Source of the DNA: Trichoplax adhaerens
Lineage: Eukaryota > Animalia > Placozoa
NCBI RefSeq assembly: GCF_000150275.1
Contig: NW_002060950.1
Coordinates: forward strand, 980,106 to 1,044,105
Length of the DNA: 64,000 nucleotides
Direction of reading: 5' to 3'
Under the pieces are notes generated by a model. The model made no database searches and was not told the DNA's origin. It was given only the letters and a program-made list of their open reading frames with translations. Positions within the stretch are counted from its first letter, which is position 1. Every line of letters begins with the position of its first letter. Below, piece by piece: positions 11,601 to 24,504 of the stretch. The translations under genes and the position numbers were made by a program.

Positions 11601-14600
11601 GTAAATTAGATTGGATCAGCTATTTAATTAAAAGATCTAATAGCTTACTTTATCGCTAGATTTCTTAATATCAAAGTCGGTAGGAATAAATTCATTACGC
11701 CTTGGCAAATTTAAGCCGTCAGTTTCTCCAACTTCAGCCCAGCTCTAAATTTAATCATCGAAAATGTTATTTGTAAGTTTCGCTGATAGACTTGACTTGT
11801 ACATGCTATTCATATACCGTAGCATATAATTTTTGCTTTATTTCATGAACTGTACATCATATATAAATCGTATGCTATAATAATATTCATTAGCATAAAT
11901 ATTATTTATAACAGTAAACTGGTAATTCTTTCACCTGGATTAAATCGAGTGGTATTTTTTCCTCTTTGTATCGGGTTCCGTACCACTCTTCTGTCTTATC
12001 TGCTATATCTTCGAATTTTGGGGAAATCACAAAAAGCCTATATATCAGATATTTAAGCATAAATATGATACTTTGGTTATGAATGTAAAAAATCACCATC
12101 TTAATGAAGAACATATTATAATATCGAAGTCTCTTTACCTAAACGACTCTGGACGTAAATGGTCTAACACTTCTTTTATTATGTCAGGAGAATATGATTG
12201 CATAAGAAACTGAGCACATAATACTTCTTCTAAAGGATATTTCTATAAACGTTAAATTATTATTTAGTTATTAATAGTAAAATTTGATATGCCTTAAGAA
12301 AATTTTAAGAAACATTTCATCAAATAATTTATCATTCATTGGCTGTCTTTACTTGCAAAGACGAGGCTAAATAAACTGCGTAGCCCTGAGGACGTTCCCT
12401 ATCCTTAAAGCGAAAATTCATTTCTCCAAGATTCTGTATCGAATTAATGTAAAAATGATATTACTTAGAATTATTTTATTGTAAAGAAGGCACCAAAGTG
12501 CGTGTTAATGAAAGTTATTAGTTATTCGTAGAAAACTTTACTTGGCATTCTGTAAATATCCATTCTTGTGGACCAGAATTTCTTAATAACGTCAAATACT
12601 GGAATATGTAGGAGATTATTTCGTTCAAATGATCTAGTAATCAAGAAATAATCAATCAATAATTTCTTTTCAGTTAGAAGCAGTTTTGCTGTTGTACAAG
12701 ATCTTACTAAATCCCTCCTCTGTAAGTTTGCAGCTTATCATAAAGAACATGAATCCTTTTGCTCCATGTTTGGCTCCAGCTTGTAACGTATTAATCCAGC
12801 CTATTTATTGCAATAATAATGCTTAAAACATTTTTGCTGCAAAATATGCTTATATAATTGTGCCAAGATAGATTCGTTAGAATTATAAGTTTTGCTTGCT
12901 AATTGATAATTATAGTTAGTAAGATTAATTAATTAACCTTTAGATTTGAGCAAAGATAATAAGCTGCCAGAACCTTCATGACCAACTAAATGAGCAATGT
13001 AGTGGCAAGGCTATAATAGGAGCAAGATAATTAATTATGGAAAGTAATTAAAACCTCATTTACCATTTTTAAATCTTATAATCCTTAACGCATTATACTC
13101 AATCATTCCCATAAGCACGATAATTTAGTCGTCCATTCTACAGTATTACCTTTGATGTATAATGTTCAGACATATCCGGTAAGGGGAACAGAAGCTCTAT
13201 AATAGGTGTATCTTTAATCGGCACAACACAAAACTTCGTCTAAAAATTTTCGAGAATGAATCTTATTTAAATCTATTTAATTAGGACAGCATTCAGAGTA
13301 GTAGGAATTTTAGCCTTTGTACAATTTAATTTAGTTTAAACCTGTAATTCATCAGCACCGTACGGATGATCGTTAAATTCCGGTTTTAAGATATTTTTAT
13401 CGACAATTGAACTAAAACATTCGATTGCTATTTTTGATAAATCATCTAAAGATTCTAAAAGTTAAATAAAAGATATCATAATAGATTTATCTTTCTATAA
13501 TTATTTACTTGTACGTAATTTTGCGTAATATGAGAAATAAGGTTCAAATTTCAGTTTAACATCTAATTAAGATACCTTTACTAACAATAGCCAAAGTCAT
13601 TAAATTAGCGGAATAGTATTGAGAGTGAAATTTCAACAGCTCTTCCCTGACGTCAATCTTCTTTTCAAGTGCTCGTGTGCCAAGGGTATATAAATTGCCT
13701 ATGCAACGTTAAATAGGTAAAATAACTGAATAAATACTACGAATTGATGTTATTTTTCTCGATATAAGAACTAAAGGCAAAGGACGTCAGTTGATGACAT
13801 CCGCAAGCAATACATATCGAAAGAAATTGCAATAAGATAATATATAGACGTACTACAGTATTTATTGCCGTTACTGATCAAATGGGTTGAGTTACTTGCA
13901 TACGCTTAAGTATATAATACACCTGTTCTCATTACATATCGAAAGAAATTGCAATAAGATAATATATAGACGTACTACAGTATCTATTGCCGTTACAGAT
14001 CAAATGGGTTGAGGTACTTGCATACGCTTAAGTATATAACGCACCTGTTCCAAATTTTGAGAAAGGATGAGATGGCTTGCATGTAGATTTATCTAGCTGA
14101 GATAAGCGCCATAAATCGCTCTTTTTATTATTGTCATTTTCTGCAATTATATATAATTAATTGATTAATAAGGAATTGTTTATAGTCAACTGAATCATTA
14201 TAGTTACAGTATATAATGGTATGCGTCAACGAAAACCGTAGTATTTTCGTTCACTTTCGTAAAGCATCCAAGATAGGCGAATTAATACGTTGTACCTGAA
14301 TTGATCGCTTTGACTTCTCGATCTTTTGAGTCAGCATTGAATAATGGAGCGATAAAGAATTGTGAAAATCTATATACATGAAAAATTTTTTATAACAAAT
14401 TTTAGCCTAAATAAAACAAGTATAGACATATGCACTCTTTGATTGCGGTATAACCTATCCAATGCTTCCTGTAAATATTGTGTCGCAACTTCAAAGTAGT
14501 AGTTAGTATGCTCGGCTGAAGTGAAAGCATTGGATGAGCCACTGTGCTCGCTTAAAAACTATGAAGAGAAATTAAGTCATTATGAATAAATATGAACTGC

Positions 14601-16540
14601 ACACGTCTACCTTTATGAAGGGAAAATGTTTAGTCGTATGAGAATAATACCTGTGAGAAACCGTTTTCCAATGGATACTAGGCATTGTATTGGAAATTAT
14701 AAATGGTAGTATTAGTGATTATATTCGAAAATTATACGATCAATGTTTATTATTGCCAATGACGTTGACTATAATCCGATTGCAGTCAGATTGTGCAATA
14801 CTGTACGCATAGCATGACTAAAAGTAGTTTGGTAATGGGGCAAGCAACGGTAAATCAATCTTGGTGGTATAGCAATGTACCAGATAAATAGTGACAGTAC
14901 AGTATAGCAGTTTTCATAGGAGACGTAATGTCGTGTCGATATTTTTGTTCAATAAATACGTAGTTTGTAGCTTAATAGACCACCATGCAGACGAAGATTG
15001 TTCATTTAGATTAGCTAGTCTTATTGATAAAGATAACACATTACATGCAGTACAGTATAAAGAAAGCAAATGGTATGGAAGTGAATGTTGCCAATTCTTA
15101 GGGCAATTTTAGTATTATGTCGATTGGTATCCACCTGATATGTTTTACAGTATTTCTATATATGTATTTTGTAATGCTACGCTTAAGATGGATGGATGAT
15201 AACTGCGTTATTATCTACAGTCCATATTGATAGTTAACTTACGCTGTATAATTATAGAATCAATTATCGTGACTAATTTACAATTTACAAGTCTGCCTAA
15301 TTCTAGATATGGATATCATAAACTATGTATTGTACAACGTTACACTGTAAGTGTTGACGGCGCACATATAAAAGCCGTTGTAATTATCAATAAACGTATG
15401 AGTGGTAGTAAGTACTTAGCTTTGTCAGTATTCGAAAATTAGTCAGAGTGATCCGAACTTTACATACGGTTGGAGTATCAACTCTAGTTAGTTCATACAC
15501 AATACCACCCATGGATTCTATTAAACATCACAACATTGTAAAATATTACCTTTTCTGTACCGAGGAAAAGCATATGCTCGCAAAAGTGGGCTAATCCAGG
15601 TAGTTCTGGAGGATCCATTAAATGACCTGCATATCAAAGAAGATTTCAGTATACTGTACACTGTACAGTACGGTATGGACTGGTATTTCCATACTCTACT
15701 TTAACATGATTAGCGACAAGAAAAATATACTTTCCAATTACATATCGTCTAATTAAGGATACGATGCTGTTCATCGTTTTGGTGCGAGCGTGTCTATGTG
15801 CATGTAATATAGACTCTACAATCTACATTTGTATTTCTACACCTAAATTGGAAATATATTTGGAGCATTGAAAGTAGATCACATTCATCAAACCATCATT
15901 ACACCCATGATACCATTGGTTGACAACAAGTACGAGTACAGTACTGTATATTGGTCATGTAAGTAGCATTGACAATCATTGTCCAAGTTAATTAAAGTAA
16001 TGATGTATAGTGTTCATTCTGAAGCGAAAGAATACAGTATTATATTTTTTTTTGTTTTTTTTTTAGGACGGATTGAAGAGCAGTTTTTAAAGAATAGCAG
16101 GGAAGATTTGGTAGTCGTCTACAGCTAATTTTATCCTCGATGTCTTTCAATGATGATAGAGATTGAAGACTACAGTCTCCATCAACCATTGAAGTTTACG
16201 TCAACTACTGTTCAGATCTATGTGCTCTCCACTCATTTTATTCAGCTATCAGGGTCGAAAGGATGGAATATACTGTATATATGTCAATTCAATCAGAAAA
16301 CTGACCAGACTGTGATACTAGCATGACTGTATGAAAATAAAAATAAAAATTTTAAAAATTCAATATCCAACCTATGTGAACATCCAACGATGCAGCTGCC
16401 TTGTCAGCTTTATCATCTTGTACTAAGATGACCTTGATATGATTGCTTAATTGCAAGCTACGGTATAATCGTTTATCCTCCGCAGAACGAATGATATTAT
16501 CACTGGCTCGAAGTACTCGAGGATCAATCACCTTTTCCAT
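8673..16540 (-). CDS. IDE: Insulin-degrading enzyme (insulysin, M16A metallopeptidase), >20 exons
   Basis: Exon 1 MEKVIDP...[12 protein letters not shown]...[11 protein letters not shown]. Inverted zinc motif [16 protein letters not shown] at 15550-15626. Also [40 protein letters not shown] and [13 protein letters not shown]. Last exon [31 protein letters not shown] (stop 8673-8675). Confidence 0.96.
13811..14050. repeat. 122-bp tandem duplication including an IDE splice donor
   Basis: 13811-13928 closely matches 13933-14050. Both copies carry minus-strand GAACAG|GTG. Confidence 0.9.
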
Positions 16541-16619
16541 GGCTAATTTTTGGCCCTTTTTGCTCTGTAATGATGTGAAAATTTCAAAGGCAATCTCGCT
16601 AAATGCTTTGCTAAATTAT

Positions 16620-18235
16620 GAATTCAATAGACAACTGTGTTGAGCTGATATAGTGATCGTGTTCCCCTGGAGTACGTGTGTATGTGTAGCTCGTTCCCAT
16701 CCATCAATTCAACACACAACTGTGTTGAGCTGATGTATTGAACGTGTTCCACTGGAGTACGTGTGTACACTGTACTGTACAGTGTACAGTATGTGTAGTT
16801 CGTTGCCATCCATCAATTCAACACACAACTGTGTTGAGCTGATGTATTGAACGTGTTCCACTGGAGTACGTGTTTATGTGTAGTTCGTTGCCATCCATCA
16901 ATACACAACTGTGTTGAGCTGATGTGCTGTGCAGTACAGTATTGAACGTGTTCCACTGGAGTACGTGTGTATGTGTAGCTCGTTCCCATCTATCAATTCA
17001 ACACACAACTGTGTTGAGCTGATGTATTGAACATTTGAACGTGTGCATGTGTGGCTCGTTCCCATGAATTATACTGTACTGTATGTAGGTAATCCAATGA
17101 ATTCAACAGATAACTGTTAGTACTGTGGACGTTAGCCAGTTTTAATGAACGAACGTACGAACGTCCAATTTGAACGTCGGACGTTCATTGAACGTACCAA
17201 CGTACAGTACTGTACAGTAGTCTTACATGTACAGTACACCGTACTGTACAGTACAGTGTACACTATGTATATACTGTAGTGTTAACACTGTACACTGTGT
17301 ACTGTATACTATGTATACTGTAGTCATGACTAGTACTGTGGACGTTAGCCAGTTTTAATGAACGAACGTACGAACGTCCAATTTGAACGTCGGACGTTCA
17401 TTGAACGTACAGTACCAACGTACACAGTGTACTGTACAGTGTTAACACTACAGTATATACATAGTGTACACTGTACTGAAAGTGTTTGTAAAAGACGTTT
17501 GTACTACTGTACTGTATGTACTGTACTGTATAGTATTGGGGTGGGATTATACAAACTGACTGTATACACTGTACAGTACTGTACACTGTACACTGTACAC
17601 TACAGTTCGTCGACGTCCGATCTGACAACGAACGTACATACCGAACGTCCAAAATCGAACGTCCGTTGGACGTCCAATCGCTCGACGTCTACAGCACTAA
17701 TAACTGTATTGAGTTGAGGTATTGAACGTGTTCCACCGGAGTACGTTGGCATGTGTGGTTCGTTCCCATGAATTAATTATACTGTACATACAGTATGTAG
17801 GTAATCAATGAATTCAACAAACAACTGTATCGAGTTGAGGTATTGAACGTGTTCCACCGGAGTACGTTGGCATGTGTAGTTCGTTCTCATGAATTAATTA
17901 TACTGTACACTATACAGTATACAGTATGTAGATGAATTCAACAGACAACTGTATTGAGTTGATGTATTGAACGTGTTCCACTAGAGTTCGTGTCAATGTG
18001 TGGTTCGTTCCCATTAATTAATTATAATTATATAGGGGATTAAATTATATATACGTAATCAATGAATTCAACAGACAACTGTATTGAGCTGATGTATTGA
18101 TCGTGTTCCACTAGAGCACGTGTGTATGTGTCGCTCGTTGCCGTCCATCAATTCAGCACACAACTGTGTTGAGTTGATGGATTGAACGTCTTCCACTAGA
18201 GTACGTGTGTATGAGTGGTTCGTTCCCCATTCATT
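16620..18235. repeat. ~90-125-bp tandem satellite upstream of IDE, interrupted by a MITE
   Basis: About 10 copies of AATTCAACA.ACAACTGT.TTGAG.TGA.GTATTGAACGTGTTCCAC.GGAGTACGT. Confidence 0.93.
17118..17699. mobile_element. Non-autonomous hAT-type DNA transposon (MITE), 582 bp
   Basis: 8-bp TSD ATAACTGT at 17110-17117 and 17700-17707. Left TIR TAGTACTGTGGACGT vs reverse complement of right end TAGTGCTGTAGACGT (13/15). Many subterminal GAACGT repeats. Neighbouring satellite units show the empty site. The left end is duplicated internally at 17331. Confidence 0.85.
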
Positions 18236-18259
18236 ATACTGTAAGTAATTATTCTCAAG

Positions 18260-21200
18260 CGCTGAACTACTAACAAAGCCCCTGGCCAGGAAAGCTTTTG
18301 TTTGAGTTTGGAGACTAGTTTCAGTATGACTATAGTAGACGGCCAGGGAAATCCTCTACCAAGGTGAACTACACCGCAATTTGCAGCTTACAAGTGTCAT
18401 AGTAGACCGGAATTCTATACGATACCCTATAATATGTAGTAATGTACTGGATACACGATAGCGACTATTCTCAGCGATCACTCAATCAACGATAGTCCAA
18501 ATTTTCCACATGTCCTTTCAACGATTATTACGACGGATAATTTTGAAAATTTGCCATTAGATAGTACATATTTTCCACATGTCTGTAGCAATTCTCCATA
18601 TGCAATACATGAAGAATTGTATAGCACTCGCATACCATTTCTCTTGCTTCGGTATAGCGTTTATATTCGGTTATTATTGTTAAAGTTTGCCATTCACAAA
18701 AAATGGGAAAAATGGAGTACCGTAAAAATAAAAATAATAAAAACAATGTACAACATTGGATCCATGTACAGTATGTAGATTTCTAAATAGTTGAAAAAAT
18801 TTCTTCCTCTGCAGTAGATGAATTCGCCCTCTTACAGCGCTCATGCAGTATTAAATTGGCTAGTAGCGTATTAAAGGAGGAAATTAGCTTATATCAAAAA
18901 TCAATTAAAGCATTGAATTTTGCAGTATCTCAATAAACTTGCAGAGACTTTATGTAATTGTTGCAAAAACTCTTCGTGACTACAGGTGATACATTAGCAA
19001 TCAACGACTTTGTTCAGTATTGACTCTTCAATTTTGCTTGAATTGACTTTGTTGCTAGAATTATCGCTACGTATAAATTGAGCGCCTAGGTATTAAAGTG
19101 TAAAATAGCCTGGTCTTCATATTTATTTGCATATTCAACTCAAATGATAGCCAAACCACTCAAATTAGTGATAAGTTGAGCATGAAAGCATCAAAAATGT
19201 GACTTCGATAATTATAGGATAATGGATCTACTAGTCAAGCTGAAGCTGTAATGTAATATAGTAGTTTATAATTCTTATGCTTTTTCTACTCAGGAAGTGA
19301 ATAGTTTTTAACGCATCAAAGTGTAGACTTTAATTTATTGTTAAACATTTTATGTACCATTAATTCTGTATGATATTCATGTCATGTTGCTTGCCAGTGC
19401 TATAAAACGCATTGTAGGTAGATGATAGCTTCAAACGTAAGATTCTTATTTTACGCCAACATCGACTTGAAGAAGGAAGGTATCACTCTTCATAATTCAT
19501 ATAGGCATATTTCGATTCTTGTATTCAGATGCTTTCATAAAGTTAATTAAATTACACAGCAGGTGCCAAGAGTTGAAAGGAATTACAGGTCTATATCCCC
19601 ATTTTTATTATTATATAATTATAATTATATTAATCACCTCAGTGGGATTACCTAAACTACTGTAAATTTCCCTTAAATGCAACGGGAATTTCAGTTTGTG
19701 CAAATTTAAAATTTGACTGTAGATACATTAATAGTATCCATCGTGAATTTGCTACGTAAATTTACCCTATGTGCGTTTCATTCTCATCGTTGCTTGGCAG
19801 TAATTTCTATCGACGTTCGCAATTGGATTTTATACAAAATTGTTATTGTTCATTAAGTTTACCGACTTTAAAGATGCAGGGTATATTACAGTATGCGTAC
19901 ATCGCGGATGCAGATCTTGCATTCTATGCTTTCTCCACAGCAAGTAGCTTTTATCAATGGCTCGGTTAAATCTGTCTTAAACGTCGTGTACTAAAATTGA
20001 ACAGAATTCTGTATTAAGGGATGGATGCTGTATTTTGTAATAAATAAAATAAGCAAAGCTTTCAGCATGCACAGCTTTGTAAATTATTGCTGAACAAATA
20101 ATAACTTTCGAATGATCAACAATATACTGTACTTATAGAGTAAACCATGTCTAGAGAGTGTTATGCATGCAAGAATACAGTAGCCTGTTGTACTGCACCT
20201 AATGTGTTGCCATAAGAGAAAGTAATGAATTACTAAGATAAGGATATAATACGTTATTACGGTTATACTATTTAAATGCAATAAATCCTAAATCAATAGA
20301 GATTTTTAGTAAGTTTACTAAGCGGAGTGCATCAAAGTCCCTCGTGCCAACGTTAACGACTAAGAGTAGAAACATAACGGAGAGTAGATGCAGGCAAATA
20401 TCTACAGCATAAGAATGCGTCATAATCGCTTAATATCGCTAGGTAGATATCTTTACTCAGCCACTGCTATAAAAATAAGACCTTGTTTTTTTTATAGTCT
20501 ATGAAATTACTAAATACAACAGCACTTCCGCAAGCGGAGGAATTATGTAAAGAGACTGATTAAAATGAAGTATACTGTATATTGTAAACTAGTGTACAAT
20601 ATAGCGAATACATTGACATTTAAATTTGATATGCGTGCCAACGATTTATCATTGAAAGCGAATAATAACTGTAAGTCTCAATCGTGGTGAGCCAGGATTG
20701 AGACAACTACATCTAACGGCATACTAAGAGTTAGTACTAGCCTCATATATACAGTACTGTAAGCCTTATCCTGATTACAGTTCTACAAAATCATTCTTTG
20801 CGACTCTTTCTGACTAACTATCAGCATTATTGCCCTCCTAATCAAGCTCCTTCCTTTATCCTTAACCTATCTCAACAATCGTCTGTAATTGGTTATCATG
20901 GTCAGTAACAAGATAAGATAGTTAACGTGCAGTAGAGGCTGTTGCAATAATTACTTAATGCTAATTTTTGAACTTTAAAATTGTGCATTTTGCTCTTCAG
21001 TTACAGTATACGACTATAGATTAATTATTGGATGTAATTTATGCAGTGGCTACAGATATGCAGCAATCGTAAAATTGATGCCGGTATAATCATGAACTCA
21101 AGATGTTATCAAGCATCTTTCATCCGAGTATTCTCATTGACGCCTATCTACGTACCACTTAAGGAAGGCTACTGATACAAAGTTTGAGAGTGCATGTACG

Positions 21201-22123
21201 TTAGACCCTTCAGATTTTAACTCGATGTTGCAGCGTATAACTCTGAAGCATCAAGTTAAAATCTAAAGGGCCTAATGTACGTCTATATACTGATCGTACT
21301 TATGCTACACAATTAGTCAATATTGTCTACGTGCATGCCATGTAATTGCTTTGTGTCGTTAAACGACGATGGAGAATACAGTAGAAGTGTTTCACGGATT
21401 ATGAGACATTGATAACTATTATTAGATAACGTAAAGTAAAAAGCATAAGTACCCGTAAATACAGACGATTCTCAGTATATGAAGTATAACGAGCATGAGT
21501 TTTACTAGTAAAGTGTAAAGAAAGGGCATTAAGTGTAAGATACTATCAAATTCTGATCAGCAACGTAGTTACCCTTTATCTACTCCCAAAACAGTTTACT
21601 CTGCACTGAGTTTACTTGAAACACAGTTATAGATTAAACTACGTCGCTAGACATCTTCACAGTCTAATAATGAAGTAATTAATACATAAGAGTATATATA
21701 TATGTTATACTATACATATATACTGTATATTAATTAATTTATTAAATATATATATAGTAGTATGTACAATTGATTGTTTCGGCATCTGAATTCTAAATAA
21801 TTCATTTTAAATTTTGGGGACTTATTTTTATGAACATAATTTTACGTTGGACAATTTCTTAGATACTATCAACAGTATCGTTGATTTAGGCCTGGTTTGG
21901 AGGTAGCCAGTATGCTATAATTTAGCATAATAATCAGTCATCACTGTAACAGTTGGCTATGTATAGAATTTTTTTAATTTTCGCATCAGATTTAGAGTTG
22001 GAAGATGGCGCTTCACAGAACTCTACAGTACTGTACTGTAAGTCTGTAGCTATCTTGGAACTGAACAATGATAGTCAATCGCAGATAATGCAGCGAGATG
22101 AGAAACGACTTTCAGTACCATAA
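18260..22123 (+). pseudogene. Decayed receptor tyrosine kinase gene (TM + kinase subdomains I-IX)
   Basis: Collinear remnants: TM-like CFGIAFIFGYYC (~18645-18680), DEF..SIKL (18817-), VIVAKTLR (18954-18977), DDSFKRKILILRQ (19421-19459), LIKLHSRC (~19543), AYIADADLAFY (~19895), TID*LLDVIYAVATDMQ (~21014-21063), NIVY..CNCFV (21319-21355), GL*DIDNYY (21396-21422), VPV (~21449), SITSMSFTSK (~21483-21512), FG...FTL (~21813-21850). Terminal-exon-like frame ends at 22123. Many stops and frameshifts. Confidence 0.65.
21196..21280. repeat. 85-bp near-perfect palindrome (fold-back/MITE relic)
   Basis: 38-bp arms GTACGTTAGACCCTTCAGATTTTAACTCGATGTTGCAG vs reverse complement GTACATTAGGCCCTTTAGATTTTAACTTGATGCTTCAG (6 mismatches). 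Confidence 0.85.
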
Positions 22124-22309
22124 AATATGGAGGCTTATTTATTTTTCTATTCATTTTATTATACTTATTTATACGGTACCGATGAAACCGTACAATATAC
22201 CATACCGCACAAAACCAACTTAGCAGCAGGTTAGCAGCTAATTTGAATGTTAAATCTCTTTCTTTTTAGTAATAACGTCGGTTATCTACCACATCCTTAA
22301 CCTATCTCG

Positions 22310-23000
22310 AGTAGTGCAATCCTTATAAGTCAGACTATCATATTAGAATCATCACCTTGTAAATGACGATACACAAGCTTAACACTAAAGGTTGTAATTG
22401 TATGGATCCCTCGATCCGTGTAGGCCTGGTAAAAACGTCAATCATACGTCGATAGTATTAGTGAATTCATGAGTTAATATATCGTAGCGTTGCTATTTTT
22501 ACATTTGCTTTGGGCATCGGGCAGTTATCCCAAATACTTGCTTAATCAAGGATTAGTCCTATCTGTTTGCCAAAGAGTGATTCTTCAGTACTAGTTGCTA
22601 CAGTATTATTGGCCAATTTTTTTTCACAACGTCCTAGCTAATTTTCGTCAGTTGATGGTTTTTGCAAGGTGCTCAATGATGCTGACGACAGATTAATTAG
22701 TGTCGATTATAACAGCTATAATGTAACGATACTCGATGTAAAATTTGAGCAGTTCACAGTGGAACATGTTGCATAATTATAATAAAAGGTAACACATCAA
22801 TAAATACCGCAATTCATGTGCGGAATTATTATAAACTATAGAATTTAGATGTAGAAATTCGTTTGAACTGCGCTATCATCTGGGAGCTATTGTTCATCAT
22901 GAATCAACTTCTATTTAGTTCTAACCGTACGTCTTTGTTATACTTTGGCGTAAAATATTCTCCATGATGCAGTATTATGCGAAGTGGAAACGAGATGAAT
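22310..23000 (+). pseudogene. Decayed trypsin-like (S1) serine protease
   Basis: AILISQTIILESSPC (22316-22360; cf. GxLISxxWVLTAAHC), VALL (22484-22495; cf. DIALL), ISPICLP (22552-22572) and FMCG (22813-22824) occur in the correct order, with stops and frameshifts. Confidence 0.5.
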
Positions 23001-23625
23001 TAGGAAAAGCCAAGAATAGTATTTTAATAATTGGATGTGACACACTCTACTGTAGTAATTAGGAAGCGAAAGAAATGTACTGCAGTTCTAAAGGTTGTTA
23101 AATAAAAGAAAAGGGGGAAAAATATTGCTGGTAGGCATCATTATGCAGTGATCGCCACGTTTAAGAAAGATCATACTCTTGGATTAATCAATATCAACTT
23201 AGCTTTGATTGATCATATCCATCCTTATGCAGTATAACATTCATTTACGAGTGTTCAAAATGAAGCTGTTAATGCGAAGCTAATTTTATTACATCGTCGT
23301 CTTATTAGATACACTATAGAACATATATTAGATTTAACTACTGTACAGTATACTGTTATTCATTTGTTAACCGTTATGTTACAAATTGTTGAAGCTGATC
23401 GTAAGCAATTTAATAATCGTAGTGACCGTATTTACAATTTTAGGCATCCTAAATGGTATTGATATACTGTACACGCGGAGATTGTCAATGTATTCTATAC
23501 ATAAATAGATAGGACATTATGCGGGAGATAATAAAGGTAGTAATGCCATATGATAGACGGTAGAGATATAGTTAACCATGATGACAAATTTTATAGCATG
23601 CAGAGTAAATTGTATCTATATAGAA

Positions 23626-24504
23626 TCAAATTCGAATCCAAACTGGAGAACATTTAATGCAATAATTTTTACCCAAGTTGTTATCCCAATGTTGAATGCC
23701 TTGACATTGAAAACAGATAGCAAATTCTACCATTTCTACACCCTCTACCGGCACAATAATACGAAAAATAAACGTGTCGCTGTATCCTGTACAGGAATTG
23801 GGATAATATTGGGCTTTAAGGTCCTTCCAAGTTTTCCAGCTATTAAAGGTATAACGTACAAAGACGGCTTTCTCAAAAGCAATATTACGAACTTTAATAG
23901 TACCTTCGCAGTAGTTTTTGTTTATTACGCTATTTTCTAATTTGACCAGGTTATCTCGTAAGATATCATGGAAACCTGTTTGTGCTACTGGTTGTTCAAA
24001 GCACATTTCTAATAAAACAGTTCGCAGGCTATTTGCTGTGAGATTAGAGTTAAATTTGCCAGTAGTAGGATAATCATCTTGAAAGAGTAGATCCGTTTTG
24101 CCATTGAAAGATGCTTTATCTTGCTTTTCATTATCCTTGTATATTTGTTCCTTGGAATTGGCTTTAAAAATAGTGGCTAATACTTTACCCGAAGTATCGG
24201 CAAAGTGAACGCTTTTCCTCTTTTTGACAACGTGCTTCCTCAATATGCTAGCACCTCTTTGATTTTGATTGCCATTTTTGGTAACAACTGGATACTTTGC
24301 CGATTGTGCTTGATCAGAAGCGTTAGATGCACGATCATTGCTGCTATTGATATCAATTCGATTAAGTGCATCATCTAATGCCATTATGGTGTCGTGATCC
24401 AAAAAGTCTTCACCGTCCTCCTGATCTTCTCCATAAATTGGTGGGGCAGAGTTTCTTCTCTTATTCTTGGATACGGCATTATTATTATCATCGTTGGAAT
24501 CCAT
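23626..24504 (-). CDS. PPP1R3: PP1 glycogen-targeting regulatory subunit (PPP1R3B/C/D-like), copy A
   Basis: Single-exon 292-aa ORF with RVxF motif KRKSVHFADTSG and CBM21 (VKLEN..GTIKVRNIAFEKAVFVRYTFNSW..DTF..EFAICF..WDNNLGKNY). Confidence 0.93.
   Translation of the reverse strand: MDSNDDNNNAVSKNKRRNSAPPIYGEDQEDGEDFLDHDTIMALDDALNRIDINSSNDRASNASDQAQSAKYPVVTKNGNQNQRGASILRKHVVKKRKSVHFADTSGKVLATIFKANSKEQIYKDNEKQDKASFNGKTDLLFQDDYPTTGKFNSNLTANSLRTVLLEMCFEQPVAQTGFHDILRDNLVKLENSVINKNYCEGTIKVRNIAFEKAVFVRYTFNSWKTWKDLKAQYYPNSCTGYSDTFIFRIIVPVEGVEMVEFAICFQCQGIQHWDNNLGKNYCIKCSPVWIRI

Noticed and set aside
17358-17717. ORFs within the MITE
   Set aside because: Low-complexity ACAGT sequence with no transposase motifs.
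23578-23940. Antisense ORFs over PPP1R3-A (and similar ones over TERF and CPEB exons)
   Set aside because: Shadow frames of real coding exons.
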